Below are positions 1 through 12,502 of a stretch of 64,000 bases of DNA, one piece after another. How positions within the stretch are numbered: the first letter of the stretch is position 1; every line of letters begins with the position of its first letter. The stretch is from Octopus bimaculoides. Its lineage: Eukaryota. The stretch covers positions 96,647,327 to 96,711,326 of the forward strand of contig NC_068987.1 of NCBI RefSeq assembly GCF_001194135.2, given 5' to 3'. Both the position numbers and the translations under genes were made by a program. The notes beneath the pieces are model-generated. The model did no database searches. It was not told the origin of the DNA and saw only the letters and a list, made by a program, of their open reading frames with translations.

Positions 1-36
1 AAAATTGATGGTATCTATTATTATGTGTGTGTGTGT

Positions 37-204
37 GTGTGTAGTAAGAAGATTGCTTCCCAACCACATGGTTCTGGGTTCAGTCCCACTGCATAGCAAC
101 TTGGGCAAGTGTCTTCTATTATAGCCTCAGGCCAACCAAAGCCTTGTGAGTGGATTTGGTAGATAGAAACTGAAAGAAGCCCGTCATATATATTTGTATA
201 TATT

Positions 205-240
<36 letters not shown>

Positions 241-437
241 TGTGTTTGTCCCCCTGCTATCGCTTGACAACTGATGCTGCTGAGTTTATGTCTACGTAGC
301 TTAGCAGTTCAGCCCAAGAGACCAATAGAATAAGTGCTAGGCTTACAAAGAATTAGTCCTAGGGTCAATTTCTTCAACTAAAACCCTAACCCTACTTTAA
401 GGCAGTGCTCCAGCATGGCCACAGTCAAAAGAATAAA
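37..437 (+). mobile_element. tRNA-derived SINE family A (octopus OK/OR-like), internal (TA)n(TG)n
   Basis: B-box GGTTCAGTCCC, core-like aacttgggcaagtgtcttct, gaaactgaaagaagcccgtc, internal microsatellite, 3' gtgctccagcatggcc. Confidence 0.85.
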
Positions 438-849
438 TATATATATATATATAAATGATAAGAAAACAAAGAAAATTCTTTAACACATCTTTAATAATTC
501 ACAATTGTTTCTGTATGAATGTACCTTTGATACAAGTCTGATGAAGTGCCAGTCTAACATCTAAAACTACAAATATGTAAATTTTCGCTTTAAATTCTTG
601 TGTAAACTGGCATTGCAAATAGAGTTGGTACAGAAACGATTGTAGTGAATCATTAAGATGTTAAAGAATTTTCTTTGTCTTCTTATCATTTGGATTATTT
701 ACTCTTCACCAAACCCACTTTACAGTGTGAACATTGTGAATCTTGGATTTTCTACACCTGAGGAATTCCAGCTTTGGCCTGGAACACGACAATATTGATA
801 GTCCAGGATTCAGGTCAAGTGCTTCTCTGGAAATACCCTAACTTTACAC

Positions 850-1025
850 CCTACCGGGACCTCGTGGGCATCGGTGCCATTTTCCTCTTTCTCCGTTTTT
901 CTATTCTCCGAACTTTCTGTCTTTCCGACGAAGGGCTCCGCCCGAAACGTCATACTCTCTCTCCTTCCTTTCTCGAGCGTCCAATAACACTATCCGTATC
1001 ACGTCCTCACTTAGTTGTTTTTTTG
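850..1025 (+). mobile_element. Penelope-like element end with minimal hammerhead-like motif
   Basis: CCGACGA-A-GGGC-TCC-GCCC-GAAAC-GTC at 925-951, followed by pyrimidine tract and gagcgtccaataacact. Confidence 0.6.
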
Positions 1026-1682
1026 TTATTGTCTTTTGTGTTTTTTTAACTTATATATATATATATATACATACACACACGCATGCACATTAACACAAAT
1101 TTGTACAAACAAACATTGATAATAAAAGCTGTTGCCAGAATTTATTTTTAATTATTTTATTTTAACTTTATTTTTTGGGAATAATTAATTTATTTAATAA
1201 ACAAACTACAGAATACTACTACACAAAATTTGACATGTTATTTTTTTCATTTATTTATTTTTGTTAACGTATACTCCCAAAGATTTCTCACTAATAACAT
1301 GGTCCTCTTTTTTGTACTTTTATGTAAAGAAACAAAGTAACTATATGATAAAAATACAGATATAGATAACAGACTTTTTCAAACTGTGCATTTGAAATGT
1401 CATTATATTTATGTCAATAGTCAATACTTTTTTTGAATATAAACAGCAATAACGGAAAATTGATTTCTAATATTAGCACAAGGCAACACATTTTGGGGTG
1501 GATGTGGGGGTAAAGTTAACTTAAGCCACTTCGTAGCTGGTAATTTACTTTCTGGGAAGGATGAACGGCATTGTGACTGTCATGTGATTTGAACTCAAAA
1601 CATAATAGCAATAACTAAATACAAGGCATTAATGGAAAATTAAGTATTTTTATTATTGACTAAGTCAGCCTCTGTCAAATCC

Positions 1683-3100
1683 TCATCATCATTTAATGTC
1701 CATTTTCCATGCTGGCATGGGCTGGACAATTTGACCGGTGCTGGTAAGGGCCAGAGACTACACCAGGCTCCATTATCTGTTCTGACATGGTTTCTATGGC
1801 TGGTTGTCCTTCCTAATGCCAACTACTCCACCAAGTGTACTGGGTGCTTCTAACATGGTAACATCATGAGTGTTTTTTCCGTGGCACCAGTACCAATTCT
1901 GCTGTGGCAGTCAGGTCTTCTTGAGTAGTGCGCCAGATATCTTGGTCCTTAGTTTTCTCCTTCGTAAGGCTCAGTGTCTTGAGATCAGCTTTCAACACTT
2001 CATCCCATGTCTTCCTGGGTTTCCCTCTTCCACAAGCTCCATCCACTTTAAGTGATCAGCACTTCTGTATGCAACTGTTTATATCCATATGCATCACATG
2101 ACCAAATCAGTGCAGTCTTCTCTCTTGCACAATTCGTCTAATTCCTCTTTTGCCTAACTTTTCTCTCAAAACACTAGTGCTCTGTCACACATGTACACTG
2201 ACATTGCACATACAGCAGAGCATAGTGGCTTCGTATGTCTTCTGCATTCAGGGGCCACATCTCACTGCCTGCCATGTAGTGTCGCTATCCATATACATGC
2301 ATCATACAATCTTCCTTTCACATGGAGAGAAAGAGACCGTTGGTTACCAACAGAGGTAAAAGCTCTCTGAATTTTCTTCATCTTACTCTTATTCTAACAA
2401 TTACACTCTGTACATCCTCACCCCAACAACTAATTAGGTCCCCCAGGTAGCAAAAATTATCCACTACCTCTAAAGGGGCATTTGAGAAAATCGATTTCCT
2501 AAACATTTGTTGTTTTTATGGCTCTTATGTATCTTCCAATTATTCCACTTCACCTCTTGTGTCCATAGTTTGCATTGAGTACACCATATGGAATTCCTGC
2601 CTACACCTTTTTTTATATATCAAGCAGTGCCATTTACCTGATGGGGGAAGGGTTCTGCCCATTTTCTTGCTTATTATAATCTTAGTCTTTGCTAAGTTAA
2701 TTTTAAGGCCCTTTGATTCAAGGTTTTGCTTCCACACCTGGAATTTCTTCTCTGCTATAAGAGCAAGATGATCAGCATATAACAGTTCCGAGGGGCAGCC
2801 AGTCTTGAATTCCTTTGTTATGGCCTGGAGACAATGATGAATAAGAGGGAACTATGTACAGTAATCCCTCGACTATTGAGTTTCTTAATTATCCAGCCAT
2901 TTCTCTGATGACAATATATCTACACCCAAGTGCTTTGCATGCCCGGAAGAATTTGCACTGGTACGACTTGTCTACGAGCAATCTGGATAAGACTCCCTAC
3001 CATCTTATCTCCTCTATACAACACACATCTGCTAGCTTCAGCACTAGCACCTCTACAGCCCTACCTTTCATCATATCAACAACAGATTTTGGATAAGAAG
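1683..3100 (-). mobile_element. Internally deleted RTE-clade LINE (APE N-term, RT C-half, 3'UTR, (GAT)n tail)
   Basis: Fragments VDMMKGR..DVCCIEEIRW (APE start), PLLFIIV..ELLYADHL (RT), ESKGLKINLAKTK, GRGKPRKTWDEVLK (RTE C-term); tail ggacattaaatgatgatga. Confidence 0.85.
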
Positions 3101-3417
3101 TGAAGAGTTTCCAGTAAGGGGCAGGTCATTTGCTGTCTGATTTTTACATTTAAAAACAGAATAGATGACATAATTATTTGATGATAGTCATGGGATTTTC
3201 ATGAATAGCCAGATGTTTCTAGCTGATCATTCTTCTACTGATTGCAAGAATAACTTGATGTTATTCCTATATATGCAATGAGGAAGTCTCTTCATACTTG
3301 TGACTAAATTCTTCAAAGTTGTGCTCCAGCATGACCACAATCCAATAACCAAAACAAGTAAATGATAAAAGACATGTACATGCATACACAGACATGTGTG
3401 TGTCCTTGGGATCATTT

Positions 3418-3662
3418 ATCATCATCATCGTCGTCGTTTAACGTCTGCTTTCCATGCTGGCATAGGTTGGACGGCTTGACTAAGGACTGGTGAGCCAGAA
3501 AGCTGCACCAGGCTCCGTCTGATCTGGCAAAGTTTCTACAGCTGGATGCCCTTCCTAATGCCAACCACTTCAAGAGTGAAGTGGGTGCTTTTACGTGCCA
3601 CCGGCACGAGGGCCAGTCAAACAGTTCCGGCAACGACCATGCTCAAAAGGTGTTTTTTTACG
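3418..3662 (-). mobile_element. RTE 3'-end-derived repeat (family C) with (GAT)n tail
   Basis: Shares its terminal ~150 bp with the RTE 3'UTRs at 1683 and 63780. Confidence 0.8.
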
Positions 3663-4267
3663 TGCTAGGTACGCATGCACATACACACACACATCAACAT
3701 TATCATAAAGAAACTAGAAGTAAGACTATTCTGTTTACTATAACAAATATCTGTTTCGTAAACAGAATAGATTTTTTTCCAAACCAAAATAGTATGAATG
3801 GTTTAATGGTCTTGAAGAAAATCCAGCTAAATTCAAATTTTTTTTTTTCAATTTTCATTATTATTTCATTACTCATGCTTTTTTTTTATTTATTTTTAAT
3901 TTCTAACTTTGCACTTGAATAATCTAGTCAGCTAAAATTTAATGAAATGATAATTCATAATGTCTAAGCAATTTTTTTAGCCTGATATCTCTGTAGCCTT
4001 CCATGTTCACCATACAAACATCAGGTAAACAAAGTTTGTTTACTGTTGTTTTTAATTTGAATGTCAAAATTATTTATTTTGACAGAGACTGTCAAAGTGA
4101 AGAATATTCTTAACAATTCATATGCATAAATCAATCAACTCACTTTGATTACATTTGGATAGCTATTATATCTTTGTGTGTATACCTGCATGTTTGTACA
4201 TATAAATGATCCCAAACACTCATCTACCACTGGAACCCTGTTTCAACCTGTTGGGTATAAAACTTTA

Positions 4268-5990
4268 GGGTTGCCACTATGAAAGTTGATATGATGAAAG
4301 GTAGGTCTGGAAATATTGTAGAGATGCTGGACTGGAATTAAGTAGTACTGTGTACCTAAGGTGATATGGGAGAGCATCAGCCAAATGCCTCATAGGCGAG
4401 TAACAGCTCTGAGTAGTGAAAATGTATTGGTGGCAGAGAAATGGTCAGGTAAAGTAATTGAGGTTAACATATATCTCACAAGATATATGCTACAAAAATT
4501 AAGCTTAGACAAGTCTTGGCCAACAGCAATAGCTATTTCTGAAAATGCACCACAATCAGGACTGAAAGACAAGGAAAAGGATAGTTTCTATGCGGCCCTC
4601 TTGCAGACCACTTTAATAATGAAAGGCAGTGACCATGTTATTATGGCTGGTAACAAGTTGGACAACACCATGATCCCTAATGATCACTACTCTGGCATAT
4701 GTAGAGGTTTTGAATATCGTACAAAGAATGAAAAAGGATTGAGTCTTGGAGACCTGTAACATAAATAACATAACCATATTTTATTGCTAACCTCTGGAAA
4801 CTAATTGATAATCTGTTCACTTACTACTCAGGCAAACATGCAAGCCAGACTTCAAAATCGTCAGTACATAAGATATGCAGATGGTTCTAAATATCAAGTC
4901 CTTCCCATTGAAGAATGTGCTGCTCGACATAGTCTGCTAGTTAGAACTAGAACTAGCTTAAGAACTAGGACCTAGAGACACCAGATAATCTAGAGAAGGG
5001 GAAAAAATGGAAGTTGAAATATTCCTCTGCTTGGCCTAGGTTCAAAAAAGTTCTGGGATGCACATGTATCGAGCAGATAGAAACTGATAATGTCAAAGAC
5101 AATTGAGAATTTTAGTGAGACAATCTGCTGTAAATCATGTACCAGTCAGACAGAAGGTAACAATGTTAATGAGTTGGTACTGTAGAATGAGCCATAAAAG
5201 TTTAGAGACAATCCTGAAAAGAGTAGAAGAAAGCAAAGAGTAGGAAACAATATCAGGTAGCTAGAAGAGACGTTAGACATCAAGTATGTGATAAGGCAAG
5301 AAGTAAAAGGTTTGTTAATGTTCTATGACGATAGGATCAGAGGCATAAGGTTTTCTGTAATACAAAACAATATGTCTATGTGAATTAGGACATCAGATGG
5401 AAAAAGTGTCTAAAAGGCATTAGTAGTGCATATATACAGACATGCTGTCAGCAGGGCGAGCGTTAGCAATAATGAGTTCAGCAAGGAATTTAGTGAGCAA
5501 ATAAGTCAAAATCAAGGCCCTGTTTTCAACTTCATGCATATTATGGTTATCTAGGCCATAACAGAGGATTTTAAAGTTGGCTGACAATAGAAACTGCTAA
5601 ATGTCAATGACCTGGTTTCCATAGCTGAATCTGTTAAGATTTTGAGTAGACATTCCAGATATGGAAGTAAAGCTTACCACCAACAGACCTCAAAGTAAAT
5701 CCAACAAAGATAACTGTTTTAGTTATAAAGAAGGAAAATAAAAATCTACTGCCATCAGGGAGGTGGCCATGCTTGACATGTAAAAAAAGAGTATGTAAGA
5801 ATTCCATATGCAGTAGCCAGTGTAAACTATGAGTGCTCAAGGAATGTTGTGGGATGACAGATAGGCTGATAGAGAAAACAGATTTCATATGCAGCAGATG
5901 CAGAAAAGTATTTAGCAGTTTAAATGCTTAGAAGACTCCATGATAGTTGATAACTTCTCATATTTGAGTGACCTAATAGCAGCAGTGGAG
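4268..5990 (+). mobile_element. Degenerate RTE-clade LINE (APE plus RT fragments)
   Basis: VATMKVDMMKGRSGNIVEML, APQSGLKDKEKDSFY, FEYRTKNEKG (APE); RT remnants with Cys-rich insert at 5750-5870. Confidence 0.75.
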
Positions 5991-6100
5991 GTAGGTACTC
6001 CAAAAACATAGCATCCAGAGTCGAATAAACTTAAAGGAGTTATTATTTCAGCAGATAACAAAGGGATTCTTTCTCCACCTTATCTCTTGTAAATCAATCA

Positions 6101-6329
6101 GAAACTTTCAAGCTAACTTTCCAGTGCTCTAAAAGTCCTCAAGATCTATTATTTATAAAAATCTACCTTCCAACTGCTGATCACTATGATCAATCTGTAA
6201 TCTTGACTTAAGCACATGGCTAGGATGAACATCTGTTGTAATCACATGCACAATGGAATCGGAAACTTTCAAGCTGACATTTCAATGCTCTAAAAGTCCT
6301 CAAGATCTATTATTTTAAAAAATCTACCT
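6101..6329 (+). repeat. Direct repeat, 2 x ~68 bp (6101-6168, 6262-6329)
   Basis: gaaactttcaagct...gctctaaaagtcctcaagatctattatt...aaatctacct. Confidence 0.9.
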
Positions 6330-9300
6330 GCGCTGTGAAGTGAAAGGCAAATGAGCAGGGGAGGCAGAGGGGTAAGAAGTTTATTTAGTCTTGTCTTTCC
6401 AAGCAACATTTCTAGAACTGATGCCATGATGAAATGCACCCATTACACTCTGCAAAGTGGTTGGTGTTAAGAAAGGCATCCAGTTACAGGGGGAAAAAAT
6501 CCAAAATGACGTGTATAAGTATTAGACTATGAGAGCAATAGTTCCCAATAAGGACTGACTTTGATCATGATGACCAGTACAACCCATGCCAGAATGGAAA
6601 ACAGATGTCAAGTGACGATGATGAATGTACATAAAGTACCATTATATCTATTATGTATACGTGTGTGGGGAGGAGGCAATTTCCCCACGCTCGACTTCAC
6701 TTTTCATCCATCTGTTCAGAGTTGATTTAAGTGAATATATTCCTCCCTCAAAATTAATAGTTTTGTAATGTCGCTTCATTTCTTTTAAGGTTAATGATTA
6801 TTTAGTGATTTTTCTTTTTTTCCTTTGTATTTTATACAGTAATAGTAACGGACTCAAGCAACTAAAACTACATAACTTGTACATCAGCCAGCCTCTATCA
6901 TTCTTACGAAAGGAACCATCAAAATCATTTCTCTCCCTCTATCTCTAACAATAAGAAAAAACTTTAAATTCAGCACTTTATATTGCTAACTTCATTATCA
7001 AAGACTATCGTACGTATTTAAAAAGAAGGAGGGAACCTATTAAGAGAGCTCTATGATATATACTGTTGTGTCTGGGGAGAGTCATTTTTTTTATTGTGCC
7101 TTAAAATTTAACACATTCACCGGTAAAATTTCCACTTATTTTTATTTTTATTTTCCTAAAATTTTCGTTGCGTCTTGCAACTTTATCAATAGTCTTTATG
7201 ATATATAATTTACAATCATTTGAGACATCAACGTGGATTCTTTTAGGGGGAGGGTGGATAGCAAGGTAAAGATATCTGAAACAATAAACAAGTCCCATGC
7301 TTATTACAGTCTAAAGCTTTGTTTCTCTATAACTTGACTAATATTTCGTTTAGCTACCCTGAAAGAATGAAAAGCAAAGTTGACCCCAGCAAAATTTAAA
7401 CTCAGAACGTTATATTATGATTATTATTGATAAGTGCTATCTTTCCTGGGGGAACCAGAAGTATGCACATATATAAGAAGAGGGAGACTGCTAAATGGCA
7501 AAACAGAGGAAGAAGTGGTGAAAGCTGGGACGAAATGCTGAACCTCATGCAACAAATGGCAAGACCATTCCAACCCATACAATCACGGAGAAACGAACAT
7601 AAAATTAAGATGATTTGCATGGTGTTTGTTCAGAATTGCGTTATAATGTTGTCTCTTGCCTTTGTGATGAACAAAGAAATTGCTATGAAACAGAGTAGCA
7701 TGCTGATTAAATGAAATGCAGTATTTAGTTTCGAGTTTTTGTTGTTTTTTAATGCTGTGATTCTAATTCTAACGGAGTCAACATAGCTTTGACATCGTTA
7801 AATAGTCGATAGAATTACCAAATAAAAGGTATTCATTTGTTATGTTCAGAAACTGAAAAATTTTAAAACATTTTTTTTTTTTTTTCAGAATCGTAATTTT
7901 TGTATTTTTAAACCTGAAATCACCCCACCAGAAACAAAAAAAAAAAAAAAAAAAAGGTTAAAAACAAAATTGTAGAAATGGGAGATCTCTGTCGTTGAAA
8001 ACATAGAAACCCGAAGAAATTTTTCTTAAATATAAAAGAGTAGTTGAACATTTCGGAATAATATCAATACTTTTGTTTTCGATATGTGATCACGAACCGA
8101 AAGAATGCAGAGTCACATTCGATAGATTACGTACATTGCACTTGGCGTCGTTACAATGTAAGAAATCCTAATTAGGGGCGGACATAGGTAGAATTAGCAG
8201 AGTACCAAAAATGCGTTGCCTTGTTTAGTTGTTCCCCTTTAAGTTCTGAGTTCAAATGTCACATAGATCGTATTTTCTTTTCCTCTTGGTGTCGACAAAA
8301 TAAGTGCTAGTATTACAACTATTAAATAATTAGCAACATGTTATATTACATTTCTGAATTGAGTACCAATGCAAACAATAATTACAGATCCGGTGTCATT
8401 TGTGCATTTTGCCTTGCAAAAATAAACATACGGTATAGATACATAACAGCGTCGACGACAATAAAAGCTTTTGCAAAATTGAAAACCTCTACGTAACAGA
8501 AAATGTCGCATTATCGCTGTTAAATTAATGTTTATAAAAATGGATAAAATGATTATTTCATCTAATCATATATCATAATGGGCCACACACACACACACAC
8601 GAATACTGATTTATTGTTTCACCAAATATAAGCATAATTTAACAAGGGTTATACGACAACTTCACCCAAAAGCTCTCATGTTCGCCGATGCTGTTCTCTG
8701 TATATACCCATATCATTACCTTCGATTTTTATTCAGAATAGAGGACCGGCATATCAGTAGGGCACCGGACAAAATATCCTGTGCTATTTATTACAGCACT
8801 CTACATTCTAAGTTCAAATCTCACTGCAATCGAATGGGTATTTCATCTTCTAGAGTCGATAAAATTAAGTACCAGTTCAGGTTTTGTAACAATGTAAGAA
8901 AAAATTGTCGTTATTTGTTTAAACCTGATAAAGGAAACCCAAGTTCGTCTGTAAGTTTCCTGAAACGCTAAACCTTCATTTACCCATCACATCTAGAGTT
9001 TGACATGTGTTTACTCCAAAGAACGGTGGACTGCATTCACTGCAACTCAGTACAGATTGGGCGGGCCGATGATCAAAAGTATTCCAGCCTTAAAGTATCT
9101 AGGACAACATTATCTTTCTATTTTTAAAAGTGATTCGAGATAATTTAGTTGCTTACTTTGGCAAATTAGTTTCCTAATATGTTACTTCTTTATCTCATTA
9201 TCAGTGCAAGAACTTCGGTCACAGCCTGATTTTGACGAAGCATGTTATATGACAGGTGTGATTTCTCCTCCCACTTTCTTCCTTTTGCTGATTTCAAAAC

Positions 9301-10015
9301 ATCCTGGTCAATAGCATGCGCTGACCTCAACCACATATACAACTAATGTTTATCGTATATACATAACAATTACATCATGAAAGAGTAACAGTAGCTATAT
9401 AACTCGTTACATTCGCTTTTTAGGGTGAAAAAGCTTCCTCAGAGGAAATTGTGTCAATGATCAGGTTGCATATACGTCGAAACGTGTACCAGCTTTATAG
9501 TATAATATTAAGAAATAAAACGAAGTAAACATATTGGTATGTGTGTGATTTAAACGGCTAACAAGAGTTTTCCACGATGTAATTTCAGATGATTTCAGAT
9601 GAAGTCACTTGCCAAGTATAAACAGCTTTAAAATACTCCTACAACCATTATAATACATGCATACATATATGACATAGATGTATGCATATTTATATGTTTG
9701 TGTTTGCATATTTATTTATATAGGTATGCATATGCATGATGTATGTATACGCATGTATATACACAACAAAACTAACATATGTAAACAAAAAAAAACATCT
9801 TCGAAAAAGAAATAACAAAGATAAGTTGCACGTTATAGTGTGAAAAGAAAAACAGCACACACACACATATAATTTTTCTTCTTATATATATACACACACA
9901 TTGAAACACGCAACGGCGTGAACACACCCACCAACAGCATGGAGGAAAAAGGAGAAAAAAAGTTTTAGTGAATTGAAATAACAATAAACATGTTTAGATA
10001 AACAATTGAACTTAC

Positions 10016-10184
10016 TTTCATATCGAGCCCTCCTCCACGCTGGCATGTAAGGCGGTGGGGCGGGTTGAACTTTGGAAGTCGTTTCACCAGCTGATTGAGA
10101 CATTGGCGGCGGTCGTTCAACGGCCGGACTGATTGATTTCAGAACATCCGTGCTATCAGACGGAACCTCCATGGACGCCGCCAT
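10016..10184 (-). CDS. First coding exon of unidentified gene (MAASMEVPSD...PPPYMPAWRRARYE, 56 codons + 1 nt)
   Basis: GC/CpG-rich island in AT-rich DNA; ATG embedded in YY1 motif CAAGATGGCGGC; consensus donor A|GTAAGT at 10015; protein-like Pro/Ser-rich sequence. Confidence 0.75.
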
Positions 10185-10280
10185 CTTGGAGACATTTAAC
10201 CTCATCCGAGACAGCAGCCCCGCACAAACTGAAGCAAATTGTGCGCTCAGTGCTCGCCTGTGACGTCATTTGGCGCGAGC
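10178..10280. promoter_or_regulatory. CpG-rich promoter with YY1, CRE and E2F motifs
   Basis: CCGCCATCTT 10178-10187, perfect TGACGTCA 10261-10268, TTTGGCGCG 10269-10277, all next to the exon at 10016-10184. Confidence 0.65.
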
Positions 10281-10509
10281 TACAAATTGTATTTAACTTG
10301 ATTATTGTTACTTATTGATGGTCTTCTTACGTTTTCTTTCCATTCGTTTAATTTCTGCTTTACAATGGACACAAGGAAAAGTTGACAGATTTCTGTCAAC
10401 CTTATAAGAGTTAATGAATACGAAAAAGTTTTGAGTAATCTTTCAGTTTAATGGTAAACTGTTTTTAAATAACTTGACATACAAACACTATACATACACA
10501 TATATATAC

Positions 10510-10545
<36 letters not shown>

Positions 10546-10547
<2 letters not shown>

Positions 10548-10761
10548 GGGGTTGCTGAAAAGTTCCTGGCTTTGGGTGAAAGAAAATACAGGAGGATCAG
10601 TTAATTATGATCTTATTCAACATATTCCCCTCTCAGATTTGCAGGCTTGTTGCAGCATTCCTTCAGTTTTTCTAAGCCCCGTAAAAGAGCTTGGAAAGTT
10701 GTGCCTCCAACCAAGCCTTTCACGACACCCTTAAAGCCAGGAACTTTTCAATCACCCCTCG
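10546..10761. mobile_element. Mariner-type MITE (~215 bp)
   Basis: TIRs ggggttgctgaaaagttcctggcttt / aaagccaggaacttttcaatcacccc; second copy at 17993. Confidence 0.85.
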
Positions 10762-10849
10762 TGTGTGTATATATATAGGATGTAATATGAATTATGNNNN
10801 NNNNNNNNNNNNNNNNNNNNNNNNNNNNNNNNNNNNNNATATATAAGTA

Positions 10850-11190
10850 TAGGACGTCACCAACAGTAAACAACATGAAATACGAAAACAACAAGAGAAA
10901 CGAATGGAAAACAGGACTAGTAACATAAAGAACGGCCCTTCATCAGTTGTCGGCTGTCTATCTACTCCTCATTTCGAGCACTGAACGACAATATGAGCCT
11001 TCGAAGACAGTTGCTCCCATACGTACCAAAATAAAATTTAGGATTTATGGAGGGTCAAAGTTGAGAGCAAAAACAGTACAGTGGAGACATACAAGGAAAT
11101 CGAACAAAAATATATCCAGCATTTCTGCAGTTTTAATGGCAATTCTGCGTTCGAAAAAGTATCACCTTATTTGTATCGTACAATGCCTGT
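10850..11190. mobile_element. Probable Penelope-like remnant
   Basis: Minus-strand cgaaatg...ctgatgaaggg motif pair; same pattern at 52000-52140 (cgaaacg...ctgatgaagg). Confidence 0.4.
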
Positions 11191-11640
11191 TTCGACACAT
11201 AAAAAAACAAATATTAGTTTGTTTACATTTATATACACAACAAATCAAATATTTGTTGTTGTTTTTTTGTATTAGAAGCATCGAAATGTATACCATCTTA
11301 TACACACACATATACATTATCATTGTCATCACTTAATTTCTAGCTTCCATGCTGGCATAGTTTGGATAGCTTGACATGATCTGAGTCAGAGGACTGCAAT
11401 GTGTTCCAATGTTCTGCTTTGACATGGTTTTTAGGAATCGATGTCCTTCCTAATGCCAACTACTTAACAGTGTACTGTGTACTTTTTTTTATGCACCACC
11501 ATTTGTGAGGATTACAGAACTCCTTGACTGATGGATATATAGTAGAGAAGAAGGTGGCTTTATACTAGGTGTTGAAAGGTTGAAGTATGATAGAAGAGAT
11601 ATCCCTTCTTAACTTTCACGAGTGAGCCCAAGCTCACAAA

Positions 11641-12470
11641 ATGTGACCCATCTCATTACAAGTTCACATTTGAAGTGTCATGTATCTAAGGAGTGGGCAT
11701 GCACAAAAGACAGACTGAAGTTAGCTACTTATTAGAGTGCTTTAAATTTAGTGTCAACAAAAGCTAAATGGACTTTCTGGCCAACCCAATGTATCCCTGT
11801 ATTGACAAGACTATCAGCAGGGCCGGCTCCAAGTACCGCCAACTCTGGCAGTCACCCAGGTTGCCATCTGTTTAAGGGCACCAAGGAGGTTGGGACAAAG
11901 ACAAGGAAATTTTCTCAGCCAGCAGCTTGTATACACTGGAGTTCAGCTTGCCTAGGGCGCCAGCCCTGACTATCAGTTGTTGTTTTACACTGCTGGTCAC
12001 ATTGCACTTCCTTGATTTTTTGTAGCTTTTGAATGACGGTACCCTGCTGACTGGCTGGACAGGCCAACATTCTCTCTGAATAGAATGCATGGTTACCCAT
12101 TTATATCTGAATAGATTGGAGCAACTTCAAATGAAGTGCCTTGGTTGAGAACAAAATGCACCATTGGTTTGGGAATTGAAACCACAATCTTGTGATCATG
12201 AGTGAAACATCCTAACCACTACGCTACATACCTTTTCAAACATACACACACACACATATTACACAATCTAGTTTCTGAGGAAATTGTTGATGCATGTTCA
12301 CAACACTTAATCCAATGGTTTCTTTCAGTTTCTATCTACAAAACCACCTCAAGGCTTTGGTTTGCCCAAAACCATAGTTGAAAACATTAGCCCAAAGTAC
12401 CATGCTGTGAGACTGAAACCAGACCATATAGTTGAGAAGTAAATCTGTCAACCATACTGCCATGCCTTTG

Positions 12471-12502
<32 letters not shown>

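Noticed and set aside
381-396. Telomere-like CCCTAACCCTA
   Set aside because: Only two units, inside the SINE A 3' region, where other copies read aaaaccc/ctttaagg; simple slippage.
9430-9495. Hammerhead-like cagagga...cgaaacgtgta
   Set aside because: Core is broken (CAGA instead of CUGA) and stem II does not pair; at most a decayed Penelope remnant.
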